Of a DNA stretch of 64,000 nucleotides, positions 37,724 to 50,261 are shown piece by piece (the stretch's first letter is position 1; each line of letters begins with the position of its first letter). Origin of the DNA: Epiperipatus broadwayi (lineage: Eukaryota; Animalia; Onychophora). Made by a program: the position numbers and the translations under genes. The stretch lies in the NCBI GenBank assembly GCA_028023455.1, contig JAQFVV010000006.1, positions 558,001-622,000 on the forward strand, written 5' to 3'. Below the pieces are notes generated by a model. That model was not told the origin of the DNA and ran no database searches. It saw only the letters and a program-made list of their open reading frames with translations.

Positions 37724-38255
37724 TTGGGGGGGGGGGGTCCTGACAGAAATATTTTAAATGTTTTTTTCTGGCTAAGCATTTATCACAAAGCTTGTTGAGC
37801 AATTGGCAATGCTCATTGTTTATCACTGCTGAGATCTTAGATAAACAAAGAAGTCATCTTTACGATATAAGATTAATATCAAGTGAACCCCTTTTAGAGA
37901 TTGTCATTGTGACATTACATTATTGGCTGCATTTAAACCAAGAAGTCATTAGTGTTTCTTTATATTATTATCATGTCAGCAAAGAGATTATGATCTTATA
38001 TTATTGGCAGATGAACAAAAAGATCACCACTAAGACTTTATTAGAAACAAATGAACAGAAATTCATCACTGTGACCTCAAGTGAGTGAAAATGTAATTAC
38101 GGTGATCTTATTCCAATGGCAGCAAATGAACAAAGATTATACTCTGATTTAGCTCTTTTTTTTTTTTTTAGTTCATAATTTTTTTTTAATGTACTGTTTT
38201 TTTTAATTGTGTAAATGTGTTTGTAATTAGTTATGTTTATTTATTTTGTCAATAG

Positions 38256-38349
38256 GAGGCGTTTAGTGGCATTGATAATGAAGCTGATGAGGAATACGAT
38301 ATCGAAGTATTATCTCAAGTTCTGAAAGACAGACAGTTAAAACTATCAG
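38256..38349 (+). CDS. FTSJ3: FTSJ3 exon 9 in window
   Basis: aatag/gtatta, phase 0-1. EAFSGIDNEADEEYDIEVLSQVLKRRQLKLS matches the FxGIxxxADE motif. Confidence 0.92.
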
Positions 38350-39754
38350 GTATTAAGATTCAGAAAAATCTGTAAAAACAATATTCTACTACAAGAAATG
38401 GAATCAAATACTTTTAGAAGTTCAATTTTTAGAGGGCATAACTTAAAAAAAAATTAAAAAAAGTAGATTTAACTATATTTAAAAATAATTAGATGATGGA
38501 AAGTACTTTCTAAATTTTTTTTTTTTCCATATGTCATAGCATCGTCTGCAACCAACTACTTGCTTGCATGGCTGCTGCGATACCTCTCGGCTTAGCTATT
38601 TAAAATAGTACTGTTCCACCATTCATTCATTATTATTAATCAAAATTCTTTTTAAAATTTATATCTTCATGAAAGAATAAGGTTTTGTTCAGATTATTGG
38701 ATAGATATTCAAATGTTATGTTTCATTATTTATTTTCCAATAAAAAAATATCTGTTTTTTCCATTTAATTTTTGCAATGTGTAATTTTTTTCTAATTAAT
38801 GTCTAACCGCTTGATTCCTTACTAATCTTTAAAGCCATAGAAAGATTACATATGTGTCACGGTGTTACTTAATTTTATACTGGACGTATATCTAGTTTTA
38901 CTATATTTACACATTTATAAATCTATTCGTGGAACAGTAAAATCTGAATACATTAGTAAGATAATTCACAAGCTAGATCCTCTCAAAAATCATTTAAATC
39001 TTGCAAATTATGCCCATCTTTTGTAATATTAATATTGGTCTATTTTGTCTGATAAAAAGGGGTATTGATATAACAAAAGGTGGTCATTATTTATAAATTT
39101 GTTTAAATGATTTTTTGGGTGTCTAATATGCAAATTGTCTTCATAACTTATTTGGACTTGTTTTTTTCCTTGATTAGGTTAATATTCTTAGTGTTACATA
39201 TTTGACAAGCGTAAAATTATTTACATATTTAAAATCATTAGTATTTCATCTAAATTAATATTTGAAACCGTAAGCTGGCTTGATTAAAATAAAAACAGAA
39301 ATTAGCGCTAAGAAACTTTTTTGAATATCAATGCTTGATTTATTACTATATAACAAACCCATGATCAAATGAAAATGGGAGTCTTTTATTTGATGAAATA
39401 TATTAACATAAAGATGGGGATGTTATTTTTAAGTGAAAATTTAAATTATTCTTTGAATATCTAATGTATTCAGACTTGTTTATTATGTGAATAGGTTTAT
39501 ATTCTTAGCGTTACATATTTGATAAAAAGAAAAGAACTATTTGAGGAATTACTTGTTTTTAATTGCTTTTTTTTAAACATTATTTTAATTTTATCATATT
39601 TATTTTTACTTATTTTAAAATTTTATTATATGGTTTTATGAATATATATTATCAAAAATGTAATCCATTATACTGCATTTTCATATAATTTTTAAGTGAA
39701 TATTATAATTTGATAGTTTTATTATTGGTTCTGATTAATTTTACTTAAAAGACT

Positions 39755-41713
39755 ATAGATGTCATTATGTGTGTAATGTATATTGTACATTTATGGTAGC
39801 TGAAAGAGTTGTAAAATGGATGGAAGAGAATAATGTAGTGGGGGAAAGGCAAGGAGAATTTAGGTCAGATAGGCATAGAGGAGATACTTTGTTTGTAGTT
39901 ACACAACTTATGGAGATGAGTAGGACAACTTATGGAGATGAGTAGGAATTCAGGTAGATCATTATATATATGAGTTTTATAGATATAGAGAAAGCATATG
40001 ATAGAGTAAATAGAAATAGATTATGGGTAAGGTTAGTCAATTTGGGAATGGATGAAGCTTTAGTAAATATTATTAAGAAAGTGTATGAAAATAATTATTA
40101 TACTTACCAGTTAGGGGATATAGAATCAGTTAAAGTTAAAAATGGGGTGGGATTAAGGCAAGGATGCCCTGTGTCACCTATTTTGTTTTTGTTGTTTTGA
40201 GTGAAATGGAGAAAGCAATAGAAAGACTAGGAAGAGCGGTGGAGATACCATTAATAGGTGGCAAGGGAGTATATATTTTGTCGGGTTTTTTTTTTTTTGC
40301 AGATAATATCTTTTTGTGTGCAGAAAGAAGAGAGGATATGGAAATTATGTTGAGGACATGTGCAAGGGTGGGTAAAGAGATGGGAATTAAATTTAGTGAA
40401 GAAAAATCAAATATAATGATGGTTAATACTGGGGAAAGAGAAGATGTAGAATTTTTATTGGGGGATATAAAGTTAAGTGTGGTGGATAAATATAGGTATT
40501 TGGGAATCATCTTATGTAATCAGGAAAATTGCTTGGATGAATGGGAGAAAAAATTGGTAAATGAAGCAAAGAAAAGAGAAGATGTAGAATTTTTATTGGG
40601 GGATATAAAGTTAAGTGTGGTGGATAGATATAGGTATTTGGGAATCATCTTATGTAATCAGGAAAATTGCTTGGATGAATGGGAGAAAAAATTGGTAAAT
40701 GAAGCAAAGAAAAGAACGGGTTTGGTAAAGAAACTAACAGTATTTTCATATAATAAATATGATGTAGCTAGAATAGTATGGAAGGGAGTTGCAGTAGCAG
40801 GGTTAACATATGGTAATGATGCATTATGTGTTAGTAAAAGGGTTTTAGATTATTTAGAGAAAGTACAAAGGGAAGTAGGAAGACATGCATTAGATGCAGA
40901 GATATGGACAGCAAAGGAGGCAATTCAAGGAGAAATGGGATGGTCACGTTTTTATATGAGAGATGCAAAAAGTAAAATGAAAATATTTGGTAGGTTGCAG
41001 TTTATGGATAGTAAAAGAATAGCAAAAATAGTGTTCAATTGGGTTATGAGTAAAGGGCAGGTAACAAGATGGGTGAGAAAGGTAATGCGGTATATGAAAG
41101 ATTTGGATAAAGAATTTATATCAGTATACTTGTATAAAAGGTGGGATGATTGTGTTAGGAGGATTGTTGAGTGTTATAGTGGTAAGGAATGGGATAAAAG
41201 AATAGAAGCATTAATAAAAAATAGGGAGTTGGAGAGATGGAGAACTAGTATGGAGGGTAAGAAGAGTTTAAATATATATAGAAGTAAACGGAATATTGGA
41301 TGCGAGTTAATTTATGATAATAGTAAGGAAAGTAGTTTATTATTTAAGGCTCGAACGGGATCTTTAGCAATAAGAGAATATACACGTAAATGGAAAATCA
41401 TGGATAATTGAGTGTGCAAATTGTGTAAGGAAGGTATAGAAAATATTAGGCATCTGTTGATTGAATGTAAATGCTTGAAAGCAAAAAGGGTACAGATAAT
41501 GAAGTTATGGGAGAATAGACATGAACAAAGTGACTATACAGAAAGTGAGTTATTAGTTTTTATGTTGGGTTTGCGAAGAGATAAGGGGATTTAGATATAA
41601 AGGCCATAGAGTTGACAAAGATTATGTTGTGGAAATGGGATGGGGCAGAATATGGGAAGACTTAAGAGTGGGGAATGGAGAATAAAATGGCTAACAGGTT
41701 TACATCACATCAC
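39755..41713 (+). mobile_element. 5'-truncated non-LTR retrotransposon (RT, C-terminal CxxC...H...C knuckle, (CATCA)n tail); clade uncertain
   Basis: ERQGEFR, FIDIEKAYDRV, GLRQGCPVSPILF, FFADNI, YRYLG and CKLCKEGIENIRHLLIEC. Frameshifts and internal duplications are present. Confidence 0.92.
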
Positions 41714-41886
41714 AGAAGGATTAAAATATATTACAATTACATTGAGAAAGGCATAAAATATTTGCTGAAAAAAGTTTTTACTTATTATTATTATATATAA
41801 ATAAGGTTATTGCTGTTGTATGGTGATATTTTATATTATATACCTAAAAATATACTATATATATTTGTTACATATAAAATGGACAG

Positions 41887-41931
41887 AAGAAACAAGTCCA
41901 GTAGAAGAAGAGAAAAAGGATAAAAGTCTTG
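41887..41931 (+). CDS. FTSJ3: Probable 45-nt FTSJ3 exon 10 in window (low-complexity linker)
   Basis: First AG (ggacag) after an AG-free tract of about 80 nt, donor gtaact, phase 1-1. EETSPVEEEKKDKSL has no conserved motif, so the call rests on composition and phase. Confidence 0.55.
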
Positions 41932-42395
41932 GTAACTAAATAGAAATTATTTATATAATTTATTTTGAATGCTTTTGATTATAATTCTATTTTTAATAAA
42001 GGTATGACTTGGAGAACAGCTTGCTTATTATTGTGCGGAATATCAACTTACAAACATATTTCAATTTGTGAAAACGTGTGTGAAAGTGGAAAACTGTGAA
42101 GCTCCATTAAAAAAAAAACAGTAAAGATGATAAACAAATTATTTCTTAGGCAATCAGTAACAAGTTTAAGTAGGTGATATCAAAATATGGTGGGAAAAAA
42201 TCTTCTGTATGGTAACAAAGTCTTTATAACTTAAGCTCAAATATACAGTTTACTTTGTGATATATGGAGATATAAAATCATTTTACTATAGTTATAGTTT
42301 AAGATAATTTGAAAAGGAAGAATGTTCTTTGTTTAAGTATCTAATTAGTGTTTTTAACTATTTTATTCGGTAAAAATTAACTTGGTGTAAAATTT

Positions 42396-43206
42396 TTGAT
42401 AATCATCTGAAATTCGGGTGCGGCCACTTGATGGCGTTGTTTCTGTGCAAAAATAATGAAATGTAACGTTACTGGGCCCAATATTTTTTTTATTTAAAAA
42501 ATTTACGAAACAACATTATTTTCTCAATTCCATTTTTTATTACATTATACATTCTTTTTATAATTACTTGATTTAAAATAATATTTTAAAAATTACATTT
42601 TTAAAATGATACGAAAAATTATTTAAATTACATTTTTTAATTACATTATACATTTCAGTGCATAGCGCTGGAAAGAGCAGGCACGGGGTCCAATGGTTGC
42701 CAGATCCAAAGGATCTGAATACAAACAATACGTCAAAAGATACATTACTCTGATACAATCAATATTATGATTTCCAAAACAACGTACAACATGTGACTTA
42801 TGTGAAATGGTGCTGGAACATACCCTTTTGCAATTTTTTTCACCTTCTACAATATGTAGGGAAGCACAGCGATGGCCTTACAATTATTACTATGTAATAA
42901 TATGTCAGGTAGGGTGCAACATTGTTATTTCGAATGCACATTAAAACAGTTATGGCCAGTTGAATTCCATATACCCTTATATCGTACGGTAGCGATCTTT
43001 GAAGTGTTTACTATTTTCATAGTGCCGCGAAACACATCAGAAGGCCGTAGTATTGGTGTGAAATGCTGTCTACACCTACTAATGGCTAATATGAACAGAA
43101 TTGTTCTATACGCAGTAAATTCGGTCACGTAAATGGCATATTTCTGTGCTTTTACTCAGAAACAACGCCATCAAGTGGCTGCGCCCAGATTTCAGATGAT
43201 TACCAA
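42396..43206. mobile_element. 811-bp non-autonomous DNA element with 50-bp TIRs
   Basis: 42396-42445 vs 43157-43206 differ at 5 of 50 positions; no recognisable transposase inside. Confidence 0.7.
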
Positions 43207-43524
43207 ATTTTCTAAATTATATAATAATGTAGAGCTATTTACTATATAATATGCAAATTCACTTTATAAGCACTTATTTTTAGCAAGCACTTATTCATAC
43301 CAATTATTTTTTATTGCATAAAAATTAGCATTCACTTATTCATTTTCCCCCCAAATATTATTTATTCTATGAACCAAATTTTTCTATATTCATTTATATC
43401 CTATAATTCCACCTACATTCCAACTAGATTCTATTGTCATTTTCAAAATCTAATTCCAATTAGTCTTTCTAAAGCCCTTTGCTGCTCTTTGAAACAACAT
43501 ACATTTTAGAATATAATTTATTAA

Positions 43525-44180
43525 TTATTAAAACAGAGACCAAACTCTCCATATTGTAGTACCACCCAGTGCAAGCCAGAGTAATCAATGAATGTAAGAA
43601 GGTTTGCGCATAAAATCCCTATCTAATGTCTATTTATCCAATATTCCCAGGCTAGTTTCTAGCTTGTGGCTTTCAACAGTTAGGAATTTTGAATTTGAGA
43701 GCACTGCACCTTGATCTTAGGATCTAATTCAACCTTATAGCAGCCTTCTTTTAACCTATTTAGTTAACTATAAAGCTGAGTCCAAAATGAAAATACAATA
43801 ATATTTTCAATTCAAGCTCATTCACTTAAGTTCAGATCTATATGACTATGCAAGAAAATCAATTTGAATTGAAAACATTACTGTGTTTTCATTTTGGTCT
43901 TGTAGCTTTATAGTTATAGGTAAAAGGTGGCTGTTAGAGGGTTGCATTATATTCTAAGATGTAGGGGCAGTGCTCTTGGATCCAAAACTCCTCACTGATG
44001 AAAATCACAAGCTAAAAAGTGGTTTAGGGATAGTGGATAAATAGGGACTTTATGCACAAACTTTCTAGCATCCATTGATTATTCTGGCTTGCACTGAGTG
44101 GCACTTACTATATAGAGAGTTTTGCCTCTGTTTTAACAACCTATGTAAACATAGGAAATGGTGATCATGTGATGTTTAGT
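43525..44180. repeat. About 650-bp head-to-head palindrome of two long family A units, both HHRs decayed
   Basis: The minus unit has CTGTTGA...GAAACTAGCC and the plus unit has CTGATGA...AAAAGTGGTT. The central spacer matches 21200-21330. Confidence 0.8.
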
Positions 44181-44869
44181 GGATTACTATTAATTATTCC
44201 TTATCAGACAGAAACTATCATTTTAGAATTCATTTTAGATATATATATTTCAAATTTAATGAAGTTAAAATAGATCACTAAGTAAAATAATATTTAAATC
44301 GCCCGCTGTATGATGAAGACCTCCCTAAAGTTTCTTTTAGAGAAACATTAAAGATGAAGGAAATACTCACCAGGCTTCCTATTTGCCAAATGATGTAAGT
44401 TTGTGCAATTCTTCATTTTTGCTTTATCTTCTAACTAAAAATAAGTGGATACACATTTACCAAGCTGTATTGGATGGTTTAGTTGAGCTAATTGCATAAA
44501 ACATAAATCCCAAGAACCATATTCAAATCATGTTTCTCTCATTGAACCACAAACTCGTAGAAAATATATTTAATATTGTTTATGTAATTTACATATTTAT
44601 TTCCACCTTTTTCATTTTTTTTCTTTCATGCAATATTACATTGTATTTTTATAAATTATAAGCTATATACAAGATCTTCAGTTGTCATGTTTTTCCAAAG
44701 GCACTGTTTTGAATGCTATAGTGTATAAGCGTAATACTGTTAGCCTGAGCAAAGGTTAGTATTGATATCTAGAACAAGAAGCATGTCATGTAGCTCAGAA
44801 AATCGTTGTTTTTTCTCTCTCTAATTCTTGGTGATCATCAAACAGAGACCTGTTACTGAGTCATTTTTT

Positions 44870-45340
44870 TTGTAACCATGAATCATATAAGTAGACCTTT
44901 CATGATTGGGGCAGCTGTATCATGGTGTATTTTGATCTAGTCTTTAGCCCACTGGATATTTCATATCAGAAAACTAGTTGAATAGTCTGGGGGATCAGTT
45001 AATCTCATAATGCAACATTGTCTTTAAACAATTCTGCCAGTTTCCAAGATTATATTATCAGCCACGTAGTCGTTGATTTGTGATATATGAGAATGAGGTC
45101 CCCATTTCTTTTAGTCTTCCCCTTTAATCTGATTTAAATATTGATTTTCTCTAAGCATTTTTCAATGAATGAGAAGCCAATATCTTCCATATTTATTCAG
45201 AGGGGGCTTGAGACTTTCCATCATGAGAGTGTTTTTAGACACTGGTTATGTTAGGTGTATAATTTTATCCCAAATCTATGTCAAGCTCTTGATGGACCTA
45301 TATGATATTAATAACAGTATAGTAGGTGTTCCTTTTAATT
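44870..45340 (-). mobile_element. Possible old LINE APE endonuclease relic
   Basis: Fragmentary minus-strand matches to the YRxP, MGDFN and LDLIL motif regions; heavily decayed. Confidence 0.3.
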
Positions 45341-48300
45341 TGTCTAACTTTTATTTATTATTTAGTTTTAGATAAAGAACAACATGTGTAGTTTAATGCA
45401 ACAGTACTGTAATGGTACGGAGAATTTTAGGGGTGAACCTGGGGTGGTATAGCTCATCATTATCAACCCCAAGTCAGTGACTCAAAATTTAAAATATTAA
45501 ATATAAAAGGAATGAATATGACATCAGCACAGAACTAACTATAATTCACCAGCATTACTCAAAAATAATCATTCTTCATCATGATCAAAACAATAAAAAT
45601 AAATCAACAGTCCATCTTGCGACTGGATTTGAAATGGATCTATAGACCAGGCTAATTATTTAGCCTTGCCAACTTGGGGCAGATTATTTAAACATCAATT
45701 TGGATGCACAAACTTAAGTGCTAATCCTTAAGAATACAACAGTAAAATAAAATAATGCTGGAATACTAAAACATGCTGATCATCGTCAATGTTCTGGCAT
45801 TTAGTACTTATCATTAATGTACTGGCTAACTATAAACTTAATTTCTAATAAATACTAAACTAAATAAAATGTATTGTGTGAATTTTAAAGGATATCTCCT
45901 TTGGCCAATCCAGGATTATCATCAACGATGTCCATAAATACTAAATATAAAGTCCTTTATATAACAGACTTATGCATGAATCTAGCTCAGAGAACAAAAG
46001 CTTTATAATTGCTATTGTGAATAAGAGATATAATACAATATTTGTAATAATTTATAATATTTTAAATCTATTCAGGATTGAATAAATTCACTGGAATAAT
46101 TTTAACAATGAAATATCAATTTATTAATAACAAAATGAAATTAAGCTCTACTGAGTATGCTATAAATATAAATTCAGCATTCTGATTTTGATTAATATAC
46201 GATTAGTTATTACATTGTGATTTACAAATACCTCTTAATGGGTTTACATAAAACACATTTATATCAGCACACAGACGTGCAATATAATTTATGAACATAT
46301 TTGTATTTGAATTGTCATAAATCTATAAATGAAATTCATTTTTTTATAATACATAATTATTGACTGATTTAACATATATGTGTGTATGCGCACTGACATT
46401 TATATATCATATGATATTTTAATTTATCAAAATAATAAAATTATTAAAAATATATTTTTCGCCATTAATTCCATATTGAAATTACATAAAATTCGCACAT
46501 ATATGTGTATATATAAAAACATAATATGAATCAGTTATTAAATTCTTTGATGGCCCTTCATAAAAGTTTTTTTTAGAAAAAAATAATATCACATCTTTAA
46601 AAAAGTATTCCAGCAAATTCCTTTGTTTTCCAGTCTAGAAATACTTTTGGTATCTATTTTTCTCTTTTTAAAAAAAATCATCTATGGATCAATCTTTTAT
46701 TTTTAGACCCTTAATTCCTGCAAAAACTATTTTCCCATTTTACCTCTAAACTAGACCTCAAATATCTATTTTTTTGATAAATTATTTAAAATAATATCAT
46801 TCTCTATGTATATAACTCACTACTCACCATCTGTACTTTAAATATAACAACGCAGTATGTTTATCTGTTCTCTACATATAGATAAATCAGCATATGTATA
46901 ACCAATTCTTCAGCAAGCTGATGGATTCTGGGTAAGCTGATCCCTTCTAAACAGTAGAGTGGTTTATTATCATCAGTGTAATCTGGTAACTGATGGCATT
47001 CAATCGTCTCCATTTAGTCTAGAATTGGATAAAATTCAAGAAAGTTGCTGTTTTAGTATACATTTGGGCTATGGAACACTGGAGGCTGGGTCTTTTATGT
47101 GAATCCAAACTACCTAGTGAACTAATAGCAGCTTCTGAATTTGCACTCCTTGCCTTCAGTTATATCTTCATGGTTATTTCTGTATAACTATCAAACTCTA
47201 AGGAAAACTCTTTTCTAATCTTTTTTCAACCTTTTTATAATCAAGGTAAGAAAAAAATACAATAATTAAAAATAAGTTTTTTCTATCTTGATTGAAAAAT
47301 GTTAATGACTCTTTTTCAATTCAACTTAATCCTTTGAAAACAGAGAATACATTTATTAATCTTTAAAATAAAAAAAACAATCGAGTTGGAAATTATTAAT
47401 CGTTCTTAATAGGTATGCCATTCAAAGATAGCTATTGTAATAATAAATAATTATTTTTTCTTTTCAAAAATCACCTGAAAAAGTAAGACAGTTCAGTAAT
47501 TAAAGTATTATCAGCATTGTTTTGTCACCATGACAGCATTTTTTTGTCACCATGATGCAGTATGCTAGTAGACTTTGTAAAGTTTACGGGAAGCGGGGGA
47601 GGATGGTTTTGTCCGCCAGTGTTCACAGGGAATTCTACTATAATAGGATACTTGCAATAACATATGCTTACGTAAAATTGTTCCAGTAAATGTAATTAAG
47701 AAAATAAATGAATTACGTTAACCCATACATTTATTATTCTTTCACAACGTTATATTTACGTGTTTTTGCATAGCAACAACGCCATCAAGCTGCTGACACG
47801 ATCTAATAGAACAATGACATAAAAACATGCTTGTTTTAATTTCAAAATCAGAATTAATAAAATATTAGATCTTTGTACATGTTTAATTTATAATAATTTT
47901 TTTTTTAAAATTCTAAATTATTTATTCCTTAACTGTTATTCCAGTATAATATGGAAAATATCTACACAATTTTTTGTCTGTGTTTATTTTTAGTTTTCCT
48001 TTCAACTTTTTATATATATATTCCCACACACTACTATGTTGTCATATACCGTGAGACACGTAACGGTCTCATTACTCACCTCATGGGGAAAAGGAAAATA
48101 GAAGTGAAACACCATCTAACAATATGTTATCTAATACACATGTATAATTAAAACAAAGTTTACGCCTCAAATTATGTATTCTTCAATTTTTTTAAGAGAT
48201 TTGACAGGCATCTGACAGCTAACAATGAATAGTGACCTGCAATTCTGAGATAGATAAAGAATTCAGCCACTGTACTATAAGTACACAATACATCATGAAC

Positions 48301-49037
48301 ACTAAGAGGGCTACCCCAATTTAGACACTACAAACTACCACAACCTTTGATAGGACATGAAATGCAAACATCTTTGCAAAGCCCTGTTCTTTTGAGTGTT
48401 AGGGGCTGGAAAATACAAAACTATGCCCTGCCCCTTTGAGTCTTAGGGGCTGGAAAATGTAGAATTGTGGCTTGCTCCTTTTCTTGGAGGCTGCCGACCA
48501 TAGCAGGACTATATTAGCTACACCATGATAAGCAATAGGAAATCAGAATCAATCTCAAGAAACAGAGATTCCTGAATCAGTTTTTAATTCAACTCAACAC
48601 TTGAGTACTTAACATCATATGCTCTCTAAAATACTATTATTATACTAATACTTAAAATGCATTAAATGAATCTTTTATTGTCTATTAAAATTTTCTTTTC
48701 AAAGATAACACTAATATAATGTTGGATATGTATATTTTAGATTATTGCTGTGGGTGAGAAGGAGTAAGGAAGAGCCTCTTTATTAGCTCATTGTGATATA
48801 ATATCTTAAATCAATAGCCAAATAGTGAATTGAAGATTATAAGAATATAAGGGTCACAGGATCAGTTTCAAGGGTGCTCTTCAACTATGCTAAGCACTTT
48901 TTATAGATGATGTGCAGCCGTATAATTATATTCTGATTATGAAAGAATTGTAATCAGTCTACTTTTTTTATAAATTATTATTATTCATATATACATTTTA
49001 ACGAAGGTGTTATTTAATTTATGAAATTATATTCTAG

Positions 49038-49178
49038 ATGCTGAGAATGAAAATGTTTCCGACTTGTCTGCTGATGATTCAGAATTGGATGAAGAGGATG
49101 AAAATGATTCCAAAAGGACCAAAATGAAAATTAATCCGAATAAACGCAATTCAATGACTGTTCCTGAAAAACTATCAA
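49038..49178 (+). CDS. FTSJ3: FTSJ3 exon 11 in window
   Basis: ttctag/gtaaat, phase 1-1. DAENENVSDLSADDSELDEEDENDSKRTKMKINPNKRNSMTVPEKLS. Confidence 0.82.
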
Positions 49179-49345
49179 GTAAATAGTGTGATTTCTTTTT
49201 TGATTATGATTTAATATTTATTATTTTACTGTAGAATTGAATGCCTTTGTATTTTTTGTGGAAGTCTTTTTTTATTTTGTAATTGATCGAAAGTTGTCTG
49301 AAATTCTATCTTTATGCAATATCCATAAAAAATGAATTGGTAATA

Positions 49346-49592
49346 GTCAAAATAAAAGTCATAGATCAATTCGTAGATCGCATGACCCTATCTCTTAAGC
49401 TTGTAAGTTATAAACAGTGAGGATTGCCAATTACTCTTCAAGCTTTATGATAAATGCTTAGCCAGAGCCAGCACTTAAAATCGAAACCATGGTCAGGGGT
49501 TTGGGGAGGGGTTCCTGACAGAGATATTTTAAGTGCTGGCTCTGGCTAAGCATTTATCATAAAGCTTGTAGAGTAATTGGCAATCCTCACTG
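49346..49592. repeat. Family C inverted element retaining only the 3' half of the HHR
   Basis: GAAAC-CATG-GTC-AGGGG at 49486-49502; arms homologous to 37198-37462. Confidence 0.8.
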
Positions 49593-50123
49593 AATTGGTA
49601 ATATATAAATTTTATACATTTAAGCTGGAGTTTAGAGGAAAATGTATATATATTCTGAATTGCACTGTACAATTTGTATACGTGTGTTTACACATTAGAT
49701 TTACTGTCACATTTTCAGAGTATGTAGTCAAATTTAATTATATTTTGTCTAAAACAGAATAATCCCAGAATATTTTCAACAAAGTATAATTAAAACTATT
49801 TTAGATATTATTTTATTGGATGGATAGCAAGTTTTATGAGTAAGAAGTTCTCTTACAAATGGAACATAATATAGCAGTATATTTGTCAGTGTTGGTTTTG
49901 TCCTTCTATATTATTAACAATTGTGTAATTTTTACATGACCCTATCGCTTGAGGTACAACTACTGCAATATACATACATTAATGAAAAAATTTTGAACAT
50001 CTATTCTTCTCATTTATATTTTCTTTTAAGCTGAATCAATGAATTTGTTTTGGATGATCTGTGATTTTATGAATTTCTAGTAACTAATAAAGTATCGCAT
50101 GACTTCGGCTTATACCTTGCTGT

Positions 50124-50261
50124 TTCAGCAGCATATTTTTTTCTTTCACTACAGCTATGCCACCAACTGTAAGCTTTAGTACTGTCATATGTCATCTATT
50201 AGTTACTAAAGCTTACAGTTGGTGGCATAGCTGTAGTGAAAGAAAAAAATATGCTGCTGAA
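50124..50261. repeat. Perfect 58-bp inverted repeat with a 22-nt spacer
   Basis: 50124-50181 is the exact reverse complement of 50204-50261. Confidence 0.9.

Noticed and set aside
38283-38310. CTGATGA...GAAG inside exon 9
   Set aside because: Explained by the codons ADEEYDIE; no GAAA, no stem II and no cleavage triplet.
42925-43128. THAP-like reading (RCRQHF)
   Set aside because: Only a partial CxxHF-like match, without the N-terminal C-x-C, P and W residues.
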